From Eledone cirrhosa (lineage: Eukaryota), in assembly GCA_964016885.1 (NCBI GenBank), contig OZ024740.1:109306001-109370000 (forward strand): a stretch of 64,000 nucleotides of DNA, written 5' to 3'. Both the position numbers and the translations under genes were made by a program. This document shows positions 51,538-64,000 of the stretch, in pieces (the stretch's first letter is position 1; each line of letters begins with the position of its first letter). The notes beneath the pieces are model-generated. The model searched no databases. It was not told where the DNA came from and worked only from the letters and a program-made list of their open reading frames with translations.

Positions 51538-53168
51538 AATTAATAAAAACAATGAAATAAAAACAAAGAACAGGTTCCTTATATTAAAAAAACGCATCAT
51601 TTTACGATCGTTTCTGGGATATATATGTGTGTGTGTTTGTGTGTTGGTATGTATATCATATTAAAGATGTATGTAAAAAAATATTACAAATTATCAGAGG
51701 AGATATACATACCAATATACAAATGATGAAGTATGTTTATTGAAAGAAATAAAGTATTAATACAAAAAGTCTGTTTGGGAACAGGTTTTGAATTGACAAA
51801 TAGAAAAGAGTTAGAATAGAATAACAGTAGTAGAATTTTATGCTAGGAGTGGAGGAATGTAAATTTATGCTAGGAGTGGAGGAATGTAAATTTATGCTTT
51901 GGGAAATAAAATTATGAAATTCTTTGTAGTAAATATCTAATTATAGGTTAACTAAATTAAAAAAGAATTTTTTTAATTAATTATAATAATTTGTAAAATA
52001 TAAGAGTGAGGTATATATTAAGTTTATAATATTTGAAGGTTTTTCTAATTCTATGATTGCATGATATAATAAACTCTTGTCGCTTATTTAATAGGATATC
52101 ATTAGATTTCATGATTTCAAAGTTCTTGGGAGCATTAGAAAAAGAAAAACCTTCAAATATTAGAAAAACCTAGAATTAGAAAAACCTTCAAATATTATAA
52201 ACTTAATTAATATATACCTCACTCTTATATTTTACAAATTATTATAATTAATTAAACATTTTTTTTTTAAATTAGATATTTACTACAAAGAATTTCATAA
52301 TTTTATTTCCCTCTTGCAGCTCACTTTACCTAAAGTTATCTTTAACCTCACTACTTCTTTTAACTGCATCCCATATCTATCACATTTAATACCTAGGATT
52401 ATTTAATACCTAGGATTAGTAAATATAATTAATATCTTTATTATGGATGTTTAGATAGATACACTACTTTTATAAACATTTTTCTATTTCCGTCTTTCTA
52501 TATATATTTTTAATTTTTTGCGTCTTAATTTTTTTACTTCTTTATTTATCACATTCATAAGAATTAATATAATTTTAACTCTGTAAGTATACCTATAAAT
52601 TAATTTAATTTCCTTTATGTATCTAGGTTCCTTGAAATTTAAACAGGAGTAGTATTTCTCACTAACACTCTCATCCCACAAAAAAATTCTTTTCCCTTCG
52701 CTTTTAATAGCATTCCTTAATAACATCAATTTTTTGGGGGGAAATCCTTCACTATCTCATTGACTTGACCTCATTTTTAACCCCTTTTTTTCTCTTCCCC
52801 ATTGTATTCTTTTCATTCAAAGCATGAATTTACATTCCTCCACTCCTAGCATAAAGTTCTACTACTGTTATTCTATCAACTTGACCTCTAACTCTTTTCT
52901 ATTGGTCAATTCAAAACCTGTTCTCAAACACTTTTTGTATTAATACTTTATTTCTTTCAATAAATATACTTCATCATTTCTGAAGATGGCATATATAGGT
53001 GAAAGGATGTATATCTCCTCCGATAGTTTGTAATATTTTTTTACATAGATCTTTAATATGATATACATACCAACACACACATATATATCCCAGAAACGAT
53101 CGTAAAATGATGATTTTTCTAATATAAGGAACCTGCTCTTTGTTTTTATTTCAATGTTTTTATTAATT
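51538..53168. mobile_element. Inverted pair of PLE 3' ends (pseudo-LTRs)
   Basis: 51538-52053 is the reverse complement of 52172-52311 plus 52819-53168; minus strand ~52130-52020 encodes KNFEIMKSNDILLNKRQEFIISCNHRIRK, like a PLE GIY-YIG C-terminus; HHR in the right arm. Confidence 0.8.
52971..53113 (+). ncRNA. Type I hammerhead ribozyme with a 106-nt stem II
   Basis: TCATCATTT CTGAAGA TGGCATATATA...TATATATCCCA GAAA CGATCG TA AAATGATGA; perfect 9-bp stem I, intact core boxes, palindromic stem III, GUA triplet. Confidence 0.8.
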
Positions 53169-53208
53169 CATATATAATATATATATTGCATTTGGTAGAG
53201 CGTGGGAT

Positions 53209-56200
53209 CTATTGAAACATAGTATATGGACAACAGTGTTCTATTGAAACATAGAATATGGACAACAGTGTGCTATTGAAACATAGTATATGGACAACAG
53301 TGTGCTATTGAAACATAGAATATGGACAACAGTGTTCTATTGAAACATAGAATATGGACAACAGTGTGCTATTAAAATATAGAATATGGACAACAGTGTG
53401 CTATTGAAACATAGTATATGGACAACAGTGTTCTATTGAAACATAGAATATGGACAACAGTGTTCTATTGAAACATAGAATATGGACAACAGTGTTCTAT
53501 TGAAACATAGAATATGGACAATAGTGTACTATTGAAACATAGAATATGGACAACAGTGTTCTATTGAAACATAGTAGATGGACAACAGTGTTCTATTGAA
53601 ACATAGAATATGGACAACAGTGTTCTATTGAAACATAGAATATGGACAACAGTGTGCTATTGAAACATAGTATATGGACAACAGTGTGCTATTGAAACAG
53701 TATATGGACAACAGTGTGCTATTGAAACGTAGAATATGGACAACAGTGTTCTATTGAAACAGTATATGGACAACAGTGTTCTATTGAAACATAGTATATG
53801 GACAACAGTGTTCTATTGAAACATAGTATATGGACAACAGTGTTCTATTGAAACATAGAATAGGGACAACAGTGTTCTATTGAAACATAGAATATGGACA
53901 ACAGTGTGCTATTGAAACATAGTATATGGACAACAGTGTGCTATTGAAACATAGTATATGGACAACAGTGTTCTATTGAAACATAGTATATGGACAACAG
54001 TGTGCTATTGAAACATAGTATATGGACAACAGTGTTCTATTGAAACATAGTATATGGACAACAGTGTGCTATTGAAACATAGTATATGGACAACAGTATT
54101 CTATTGAAACATAGTATATGGACAACAGTGTTCTATTGAAACATAGTATATGGACGACAGTGTGCTATTGAAACATAGTATATGGACAACAGTGTTCTAT
54201 TGAAACATAGTATATGGACAACAGTGTGCTATTGAAACATAGTATATGGACAACAGTGTGCTATTGAAACATAGTATATGGACAACAGTGTTCTATTGAA
54301 ACATAGTATATGGACAACAGTGTTCTATTGAAACATAGTATATGGACAACAGTGTTCTATTGAAACATAGTATATGGACAACAGTGTGCTATTGAAACAT
54401 AGTATATGGACAAAAGTGTTCTATTGAAACATAGTATATGGACAACAGTGTTCTATTGAAACATAGTATATGGACAACAGTGTTCTATTGAAACATAGTA
54501 TATGGACAACAGTGTACTATTGAAACATAGTATATGGACAACAGTGTACTATTGAAACATAGTATATGGACAACAGTGTTCTATTGAAACATAGTATATG
54601 AAAAACAGTGTGCTATTGAAACGTAGTATATGAACAACAGTGTTCTATTGAAACATAGTATATGAACAACAGTGTTCTATTGAAACATAGTATATGGACG
54701 ACAGACTGTACTATTGAAACATAGTATATGGACAACAGTGTGCTATTGAAACATAGTATATGAACAACAGTGTTCTATTGAAACATAGTATATGAACAAC
54801 AGTGTGCTATTTAAACATAGTATATGGACAACAGTGTACTATTGAAACATAGTATATGGACAACAGTGTACTATTGAAACATAGTATATGGACAACAGTG
54901 TGCTATTGAAACATAGAATATGGACAACAGTGTTCTATTGAAACATAGTATATGAACAACAGTGTTCTATTGAAACATAGTATATGGACAACAGTGTTCT
55001 ATTGAAACATAGTATATGGACAACAGTGTTCTATTGAAACATAGTATATGGACAACAGTGTGGTATTGAAACATAGTATATGGACAACAGTGTTCTATTG
55101 AAACATAGTATATGGACAACAGTGTGGTATTGAAACATAGTATATGGACAACAGTGTTCTATTGAAACATAGTATATGGACAACAGTGTGCTATTGAAAC
55201 ATAGTATATGGACAACAGTGTGCTATTGAAACATAGTATATGGACAACAGTGTGCTATTGAAACATAGTATATGGACGACAGTGTTCTCTTGAAACATAG
55301 TATATGAACAACAGTGTACTATTGAAACATAGTATATGGACAACAGTGTACTATTGAAACATAGTATATGGACAACAGTGTACTATTGAAACATAGTATA
55401 TGAACAACAGTGTGCTATTGAAACATAGTATATGGACGACAGTATACTATTGAAACATAGTATATGGACAACAGTGTTCTATTGAAACATAGTATATGAA
55501 CAACAGTGTGGTATTGAAACATAGTATATGGACAACAGTGTGCTATTGAAACAGTATATGGACAACAGTGTGCTATTGAAACATAGTATATGGACAACAG
55601 TGTGCTATTGAAACATAGTATATGGACAACAGTGTGCTATTGAAACATAGTATATGGACAACAGTGTTCTATTGAAACATAGTATATGGACAACAGTGTG
55701 CTATTGAAACATAGTATATGGACAACAGTGTGCTATTGAAACATAGAATATGGACAAAAGTGTGCTATTGAAACATAGTATATGGACAAAAGTGTTCTAT
55801 TGAAACATAGTATATGGACAACAGTGTTCTATTGAAACATAGTATATGGACAACAGTGTACTATCGAAACATAGTATATGAACAACAGTGTTCTATTGAA
55901 ACATAGTATATGAACAACAGTGTTCTATTGAAACATAGTATATGGACGACAGACTGTACTATTGAAACATAGTATATGGACAACAGTGTGCTATTGAAAC
56001 ATAGTATATGAACAACAGTGTTCTATTGAAACATAGTATATGAACAACAGTGTTTTATTGAAACATAGTATATGGACAACAGTGTGCTATTGAAACATAG
56101 TATATTGACGACAGACAGTGTACTATTGAAACATAGTATATGGACAACAGTGTACTATTGAAACACAGTATATGGACAACAGTGTGCTATTGAAACATAG

Positions 56201-59200
56201 TATATGAACGACAGACAGTGTACTATTGAAACATAGTATATGGACAACAGTGTACTATTGAAACATAGAATATGGACGACAGTGTACTATTGAAACATAG
56301 TATATGGACGACAGTGTACTATTGAAATATAGTATATGGACAACAGTGTGCTATTGAAACAGTCAATGGACAACAGTGTGCTATTGAAACATAGTATATG
56401 GACAACAGTGTGGTATTGAAACATAGTATATGGACAACAGTGTACCATTGAAACATAATATATGGACAACAGTGTGCTATTGAAACATAGTATATGGACG
56501 ACAGTGTACTATTGAAACATAGTATATGAACAACAGTGTTCTATTGAAACATAGTATATGAACAACAGTGTTCTATTGAAACATAGTATATGAACAACAG
56601 TGTTCTATTGAAACATAGTATATGGACAACAGTGTTCTATTGAAACATAGTATATGGACAACAGTGTGGTATTGAAACATAGTATATGGACAACAGTGTT
56701 CTATTGAAACATAGTATATGGACAACAGTGTGCTATTGAAACATAGTATATGGACAACAGTGTACTATTGAAACATAGTATATGGACAACAGTGTGCTAT
56801 TGAAACATAGTATATGAACAACAGTGTTCTATTGAAACATAGTATATTGACAACAGTGTACTATTGAAACATAGTATATGGACAACAGTGTACTATTGAA
56901 ACATAGTATATGGACAAGTGTTCTATTGAAACATAGTATATGAACAACAGTGTGCTATTGAAACATAGTATATGGACAAGAGTGTACTATTGAAACATAG
57001 TATATGGACAACAGTGTTCTATTGAAACATAGTATATGAACAACAGTGTGGTATTGAAACATAGTATATGGACAACAGTGTGGTATTGAAACATAGTATA
57101 TGGACAACAGTGTACTATTGAAACATAGTATATGGACGACAGTGTACTATTGAAACATAGAATATGGACGACAGTGTACTATTGAAACATAGAATATGGA
57201 CGACAGTGTACTATTGAAACATAGTATATGGACAACAGTGTTCTATTGAAACATAGTATATGAACAACAGTGTGGTATTGAAACATAGTATATGGACAAC
57301 AGTGTACTATTGAAATATAGTATATGGACGACATTGTGCTATTGAAACATAGTATATGGACGACAGTGTACTATTGAAACATAGAATATGGACGACAGTG
57401 TTCTATTGAAACATAGTATATGGACGACATTGTGCTATTGAAACATAGAATATGGACAACAGTGTGCTATTAAAACATAGTATATGGACAACTGTGTGCT
57501 ATTGAAACATAGTATATGGACAACAGTGTGGTATTGAAACATAGTATATGGACAACAGTGTGCTATTGAAACATAGAATATGGACAACAGTGTTCTATTG
57601 AAACAGTATATGGACAACATTGTGCTATTGAAACATAGAATATGGACAACAGTGTTCTATTGAAACATAGAATATGGACAACAGTGTGCTATTGAAACAT
57701 AGAATATGGACAACAGTGTGGTATTGAAACATAGAATATGGACAACAGTGTTCTATTGAAACATAGAATATGGACAACAGTGTGCTATTGAAACATATTA
57801 TATGGACAACAGTGTGCTATTGAAACATAGAATATGGACAACAGTGTTCTATTGAAACATAGAATATGGACAACAGTGTACTATTGAAACATTGAATATG
57901 GACGACATTGTGCTATTGAAACATAGAATATGGACAACAGTGTTCTATTGAAACATAGAATATGGACAACAGTGTACTATTGAAACATAGTATATGGACA
58001 ACAGTGTGCTATTGAAACATAGAATATGGACAACAGTGTGCTATTGAAACAGTCTATGGACAACAGTGTGCTATTGAAACAGTCTATGGACAACAGTGCG
58101 CTATTGAAACATAGAATATGGACAACAGTGTTCTATTGAAACATAGTATATGGACGACTTTGTGCTATTGAAACATAGAATATGGACAACAGTGTTCTAT
58201 TGAAACATAGAATATGGACGACAGTGTGCTATTGAAACATAGAATATGGACAACAGTGTGGTATTGAAACATAAAATATGGACAACAGTGTACTATTGAA
58301 ACATAGAATATGGACAACAGTGTGCTATTGAAACATAGAATATGGACAACAGTGTGCTATTGAAACAGTCTATGGACAACAGTGTGCTATTGAAACATAG
58401 AATATGGACAACAGTGTTCTATTGAAACATAGTATATGGACAACAGTGTGCTATTGAAACATAGAATATGGACAACAGTGTGCTATTGAAACATAGTATA
58501 TGGACAACTGTGTGCTATTGAAACATAGAATATGGACAACAGTGTGCTATTGAAACATAGAATATGGACAACAGTGTGCTATTGAAACATAGAATATGGA
58601 CAACAGTGTGCTATTGAAACATATTATATGGACAACAGTGTGCTATTGAAACATAGAATATGGACAACAGTGTGCTATTGAAACATAGTATATGGACAAC
58701 AGTGTGCTATTGAAACATAGAATATGGACAACAGTGTGCTATTGAAACATAGTATATGGACAACAGTGTGCTATTGAAACATAGAATATGGACAACAGTG
58801 TTCTATTGAAACATAGTATATGGACAACAGTGTACTATTGAAACATAGTATATTGACAACAGTGTGCTATTGAAACATAGTATATGGACAACAGTGTTCT
58901 ATTGAAACAGTATATGGACAACAGTGTACTATTGAAACATAGAATATGGACAAGTGTTCTATTGAAACATAGAATATGGACAAAAGTGTTCTATTGAAAC
59001 ATAGTATATGGACAACAGTGTGCTATTGAAACAGTATATGGACAACAGTGTACTATTGAAACATAGAATATGGACAAGTGTTCTATTGAAACATAGTATA
59101 TGGACAACAGTGTACTATTGAAACATAGTATATGGACAACAGTGTGCTATTGAAACATGGTATATGGACAACAGTGTGCTATTGAAACATAGTATATGGA

Positions 59201-59263
59201 CAACAGTGTACTATTGAAACATAGTATATGGACAACAGTGTGGTATTGAAACATAGTATATGA
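53209..59263. repeat. 32-bp tandem satellite, about 190 copies
   Basis: Consensus CTATTGAAACATAG(T/A)ATATG(G/A)AC(A/G)ACAGTGT(G/T/A); period 32 (53209 to 53241); occasional 29-36 bp variants. Confidence 0.98.
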
Positions 59264-59927
59264 ATTTTCAGCGTTTTGGTTGGTAAATTGCCAAATCAAG
59301 TTATACAGCTTTATATCATTTTATATTACACTCACATTATACACTCACATTACACACACACAAATTACACTCACATGATAATTAATGCCCATTAGTTTGT
59401 TGAAGCTTAAGCCAACTAAACACCATAAACAGAACATTAAGTGGCAGAGAACAACAACAACAGCAACTTGCTCTGTTATGTTCTTCATCACCTCCGCATT
59501 CATTGAAAAAGCCCCCTACACATCCACCCAAAAGGCCCCATCAAAAAACAAAAAAAAACAATAACTGAACAAGAGCAATAGCAGGTAAATTCTCACCTAG
59601 ATTTATTTTTATCCTAATAATTAATAGACACCACCAAACAAATACACATCATTAATCCAGCACAAGTCCACCATTGCATATAAGTAAGTTTCTAGTAGGA
59701 TTAATAATCGTTTAAAAGTTAATGGATGAAGTATGGATGTTTGAATGCAGAGATTAAATCTGTATGGAATGGGATTAGCAATTGTAAAACATAATTGTTG
59801 GTGTTTTAACATCAAGTGCTGACTTATATTTATATTATAGTTTCTAACGATCTTCTGCTCCCAGCAAATACAGATTAATTTTGACAAAAAATGTCCACCT
59901 ACAACAATTAATACTTAATACTGATTC

Positions 59928-60095
59928 CTCTCTCTCTCACTCTCTCTCTCTCACTCTCTCACTCTCACTCTCTCTCTCACTCTTTCACTCTCTCTCACTC
60001 TCTCTCTCTCACTCTCTCTCTCTCTCACTCTCTCTCTCTCACTCTCTCACTCTCTCTCACTCTCTCTCTCACTCTCTCTCACTCTCTCTCTCTCA
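59928..60095. repeat. (CT)n/(CTCA) polypyrimidine microsatellite
   Basis: Direct inspection. Confidence 0.9.
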
Positions 60096-61414
60096 CCCCC
60101 CTTTTCACTCTTTCTCTCCTCTCTGTCCCCTCCCTCCCCATCTTTCTTTCTTTCTCTATTCCCCCTCTCTCTCATCTACGCCCTCCTCACGCTATGTATT
60201 TATTACTAAATTCTTGTAATATTGCCCCCCCCCCCCCCAACTTCAATGATACGTATGCATTGTCGGACAGTGTCTTACTTACACAATTATCTTATTATAC
60301 TCAGGTAAATGTGAATTATGAAGGAACACGGCATAGTGATTAAAGCGTTGGACTCATGATAAGGTGTTGGGTTCCATTTCTGGACTGGACAGTAGTATGT
60401 TAAATTCTTGAACAAGATGCTTCATTTCATGTAACTTTTCATAAGACTCAATCATTAAACCTATGAGATCCTACTTTGTAGGAGGTCAACAAGAATTGCA
60501 GCAGACAAAGGTGCCCAAAGTTAAGACGTGGGTGGACTTTGGGATTAAGATTGAATCCGACTTCAGATAAGTAAATAAAGTGTTCTGACTGATCATCTGC
60601 CCACTTGGTTATAAGAAGTCCTCTTCCACACCTGCTATCAGGAACACATCTGAGGTTTTCCTTTCTTCAGAGAGGTGTATCCTCACAAGGTAGAGAGAAT
60701 ACTTTGCTGATCTCCTAAACCTCATCACAACAGCATCTTCTAAACCTGATCATAAGGTTGAGCTGTAAATTTCAATTTTCATTTTCAAATGTTTACATGC
60801 ATATAATCATCATTGCCGCCACCATCAACACCACCACCACCATCAACACCACCACTACCACTACCATTGTTGCCATTGTCATCATTTTAAGCCTACTTTT
60901 CCAAGCTCGTATGGGTTAATTCTTTTGATACCAAATCACCAGAAACTGCCCCTATTTTAAAGTGTTTATATTTATCTAAAAAACCTTCCATCACAATTTT
61001 ATGTAAGAACCTTTGTTGTGTTATCTTCCAAACACCAGATTCATAACAAGAAAGTTGTATATATATATAACTAAATCACCTCAAAATTTTTGATTATTTG
61101 AAAATCCTAGACACTGTATTTTGAGATCTATGATAATCAAACAGGGTTTCTGGGTCAGTATTATGACTAGGTGCTTATCCTGTCATTAAACCTGGATACA
61201 TGCAGTATTTTGCCTTTGTGACCAATAGATTGTTTTTCTTAAAAATCTTGCCTGTCTTTCAGTCGAATTCATGTAATTTTTTTCTCCGCCTCCTAGTCTT
61301 TCTAGTATATCATTAGTCTCTTGAAATATGTGGAACTATGTCAGTGACCCGGTCACAAACAGTGCAATAAAGATTTTGAGACCTACGCTTCTGGTAACAT
61401 GTAACCCAGTTGCA

Positions 61415-61445
<31 letters not shown>

Positions 61446-61447
61446 AT

Positions 61448-62176
61448 ATAAGAACGGGATGGAAGAAGTTTAGAGAGCCACTGCTAGCTGCAAAAGGCTT
61501 TTCCCTCAAAATGAAAGGCAGACTGTATGATGCATGTATACGAACAGCAATGTTACATGGTAGTGAGACCTGGGCGCTGTCTGTAGAAGACTTGCGTAGA
61601 TTAGAAAGAAACGAAGCTTGCATGCTCCGATGGCTATGTAATAGTAATATAAGTGAACGGCAAAGCATAAATGAATTGAGAGAGAGACTGAGCATAAGAG
61701 GAATCAAATGCTGTGAGCAGGAGAGGAGGTTGTGTTGGTATGGACATGTGATGTGTATGAAGGATGACAGCTGCATAGAAATCGATGGAAACCGCGGAGT
61801 GGGGAGACCCAAGAAGACCTGGGATGAGGTGATAAAAGTCGACCTTACCCAATTGCACCTCTCAAAGGCGATGACACATGAGTGACCTTTGGCATCACGC
61901 AGTAATACAGAAGACCTGACTTCTCACGGGTACAAGCTGAAGCATATAGACAATATTCCCCCACCCCCTCACACTGCAAAGTACTCGTAGAGGTGCCATG
62001 GCAAAAAAGCACCCAGCACTCACTGTAAATGAGGTTGGTGTTAGGAAGGACATCCAGCTGTAGAAATCAAGCCAGAATCAGTTCCCATATGAGCAAGACA
62101 AGGTCAGCCGACCGGACACTGCCCATAACAGGACAACCTGTCTAACCCATGCTAGCTTGGAAGAACGGACGTAAAA
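61448..62176 (+). mobile_element. RTE subfamily-1 3' fragment
   Basis: RTGWKKFRE..MKGRLYDACIRTAMLHGSETW..GRPKKTWDEVI; 3' UTR matches 12100-12380. Confidence 0.92.
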
Positions 62177-62194
62177 TATATTTAATATAGAAAT

Positions 62195-62245
62195 GGCTTC
62201 TACAGGACTAGAACTGTTTCATTCGGGAGAAATCATCAGGAAGCC
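62195..62245 (-). ncRNA. Type I hammerhead ribozyme
   Basis: Minus strand GGCTTC CTGATGA TTTC tccc GAAT GAAA CAG ttctagtc CTG TA GAAGCC; 6-bp stem I, real stem III, GUA triplet; stem II closes with a U-U mismatch. Confidence 0.7.
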
Positions 62246-62544
62246 GACTGTCCAAGTAATGTAGTGGTATTTATACCTTTTCTGGTGGTAGGAGAGGGTG
62301 GTGATTGGGATGGGTGGAGGTCATTGGTTGATGGATTTAAAGAAAAGGGATTTCTTTAAAAATTACTTACTGTGGTTACCCCTGATTGAACCTGGGATAA
62401 ACTTATATATATATATATATATTTAAAGTTTTCTATCTTTTTAAATGACACTTCCTTGCAGTAAATGTTTTCCAAATACTTTTTCTGCCTATTTCTTTTT
62501 ATACCAATGCCTTTTGAGTGCAATTAGATAGGACACTTTAAAAA

Positions 62545-62742
62545 CGACGTGTTGTGTGTGTTGTTTGTGTATGTGTTTACATTTGTGTTCTGCTAATTAG
62601 TGGTTTGACAAAAAAGAAATTGGTAAAATAAGTATCAGAGTTGAAAAAATTAAGTACCGGGGTCAATATAATCAAGTAAATCAAGGTGGTGCCCCAGCAA
62701 AGCTGCAGTCTAATGACTGAAATCAGTAAAAGACTAGAAAGA
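62545..62742 (+). mobile_element. 3' part of SINE family C
   Basis: AAGTACCGGGGTCAATATAATC...GGTGGTGCCCCAGCAAAGCTGCAGTCTAATGACTGAAA. Confidence 0.65.
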
Positions 62743-64000
62743 AATACCTTCATTATCACCAGCAGCAGATAGAATATCATAAACCACTCCAATGTTATTC
62801 ATGGTTAACAATGGGGTTGGTAGACCATGGAGGGATTTGAACTCAGAATACAAAGAGCCAGAGTAATACTGCAAGGTATTCTGACATAGCATTTCTTTTA
62901 TTAATCAACTGCCTTAATCAAGTACTTTATTCTCTCCAACATTTTAACGAGTCTGACAATTAGTCCTTATATTGAGTTAACATATTCCTAATGAAAGGCA
63001 TTACCTCTGTGTTTTAATTAATTGTGAAATAAATAAATGTGGACGAATTTAGTAAAATATTCAACTATTCCCATTATTGCTCCAATGTTTTGAACATAAC
63101 AAAGTTCTTATATAATATTATGTTTATGGTTTAGCAGAAAATACAAAACAAAAAACAAAAACAGAACAAAACAAAAAGAAACCCCACAGGTTTGTTACTT
63201 CAAATATTAATAGTAGACAGATCATTGTGAAAACTTGTAGTATTAAAGACTAAATTTTTATGTTATTTAGTCATAGTGCTGTTTTGTACTTTTCGAGATT
63301 GCCTTTCTAATGTGGTTTCGAATGGAACAGGATGTTGAATTAAAATGGACAGTTTTGTATCATTGAACTAGGAGCTGTTTCATGAGGGTTGGTATCAAGA
63401 GGGTTAATATATCATAGTTAAAGCATGTGGCCTAATGGTTAGTGTGTTAACTCATGATCATAAGGGTATGGGTTTGATTACCTGGTGGTGCATTGTGTTC
63501 TTGAATAAAACATTTTACTTCATAATAGGTCTGAGGCACCCTATCATTAAAATACCCAAGAAACTTCCTACATCATAGGAAGCCAGCTAAATCTGTTTAG
63601 CTGTGAGCTGTAAATTTTGCAGAACTACGGGTGTTTCAAGCAGTTTCATATAAAAAGGTTTAACCTACTGTCAATATTATCAATTTATGACAATTTTTAT
63701 GAAGTAAACATTTTTACACTATTTCATTTTATGTTTTAACAATGTTTTTTTAAAAATATATATATTTATTCAGTTTTTCAGAATAATCAAGATACAGTTC
63801 GCTAGCAATGTTTTTGTATTTCATTATTGTTTTCACTAGCAAAACACTATTTTTATTTGTCTTTTATAATAATAAAAACCAAATCAGATTGAATCTTCTT
63901 AATGGTTTCTTCATTAATGCTAATGTTGTGGAACTACTTCTATAGCCATATTTTATCAAACATTCATAAATATCAAAGAATTATCAACTGATAATTTGTC

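Noticed and set aside
53209-59263. CRISPR-like array (32-bp period, ATTGAAAC motif as in some CRISPR repeat ends)
   Set aside because: Units are head-to-tail with no unique spacers, no cas genes, and the context is eukaryotic; it is a satellite.

Overview
AT-rich, repeat-dominated eukaryotic non-coding DNA. The repeat landscape (RTE LINEs with the GTTAGGAAGGGCATCCAGCTGTAGAAA 3' UTR, tRNA-derived SINEs, huge (TA)n/(TATGTG) tracts) suggests a mollusc, probably an octopus; this is inference. No intact host protein-coding gene can be supported, and most long ORFs in the track are microsatellite artefacts. The window holds two long, recently decayed RTE-clade LINEs whose reverse transcriptase (RT) carries an inserted PHD-type C4HC3 finger, plus many RTE fragments. 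It also holds a Penelope-like element (PLE; RT + GIY-YIG) fused head-to-head to one RTE, a 1.6-kb inverted PLE pseudo-LTR structure, at least six hammerhead-ribozyme (HHR) motifs (intact or degenerate), a complete non-autonomous Helitron and a CR1-like 3' end. Other repeats include several SINE families with LINE-like tails, MITEs, a ~6-kb 32-bp satellite and a ~24-kb compound microsatellite full of insertions. A cell-cycle-type promoter motif cluster and a few candidate exons lie in the first 10 kb.
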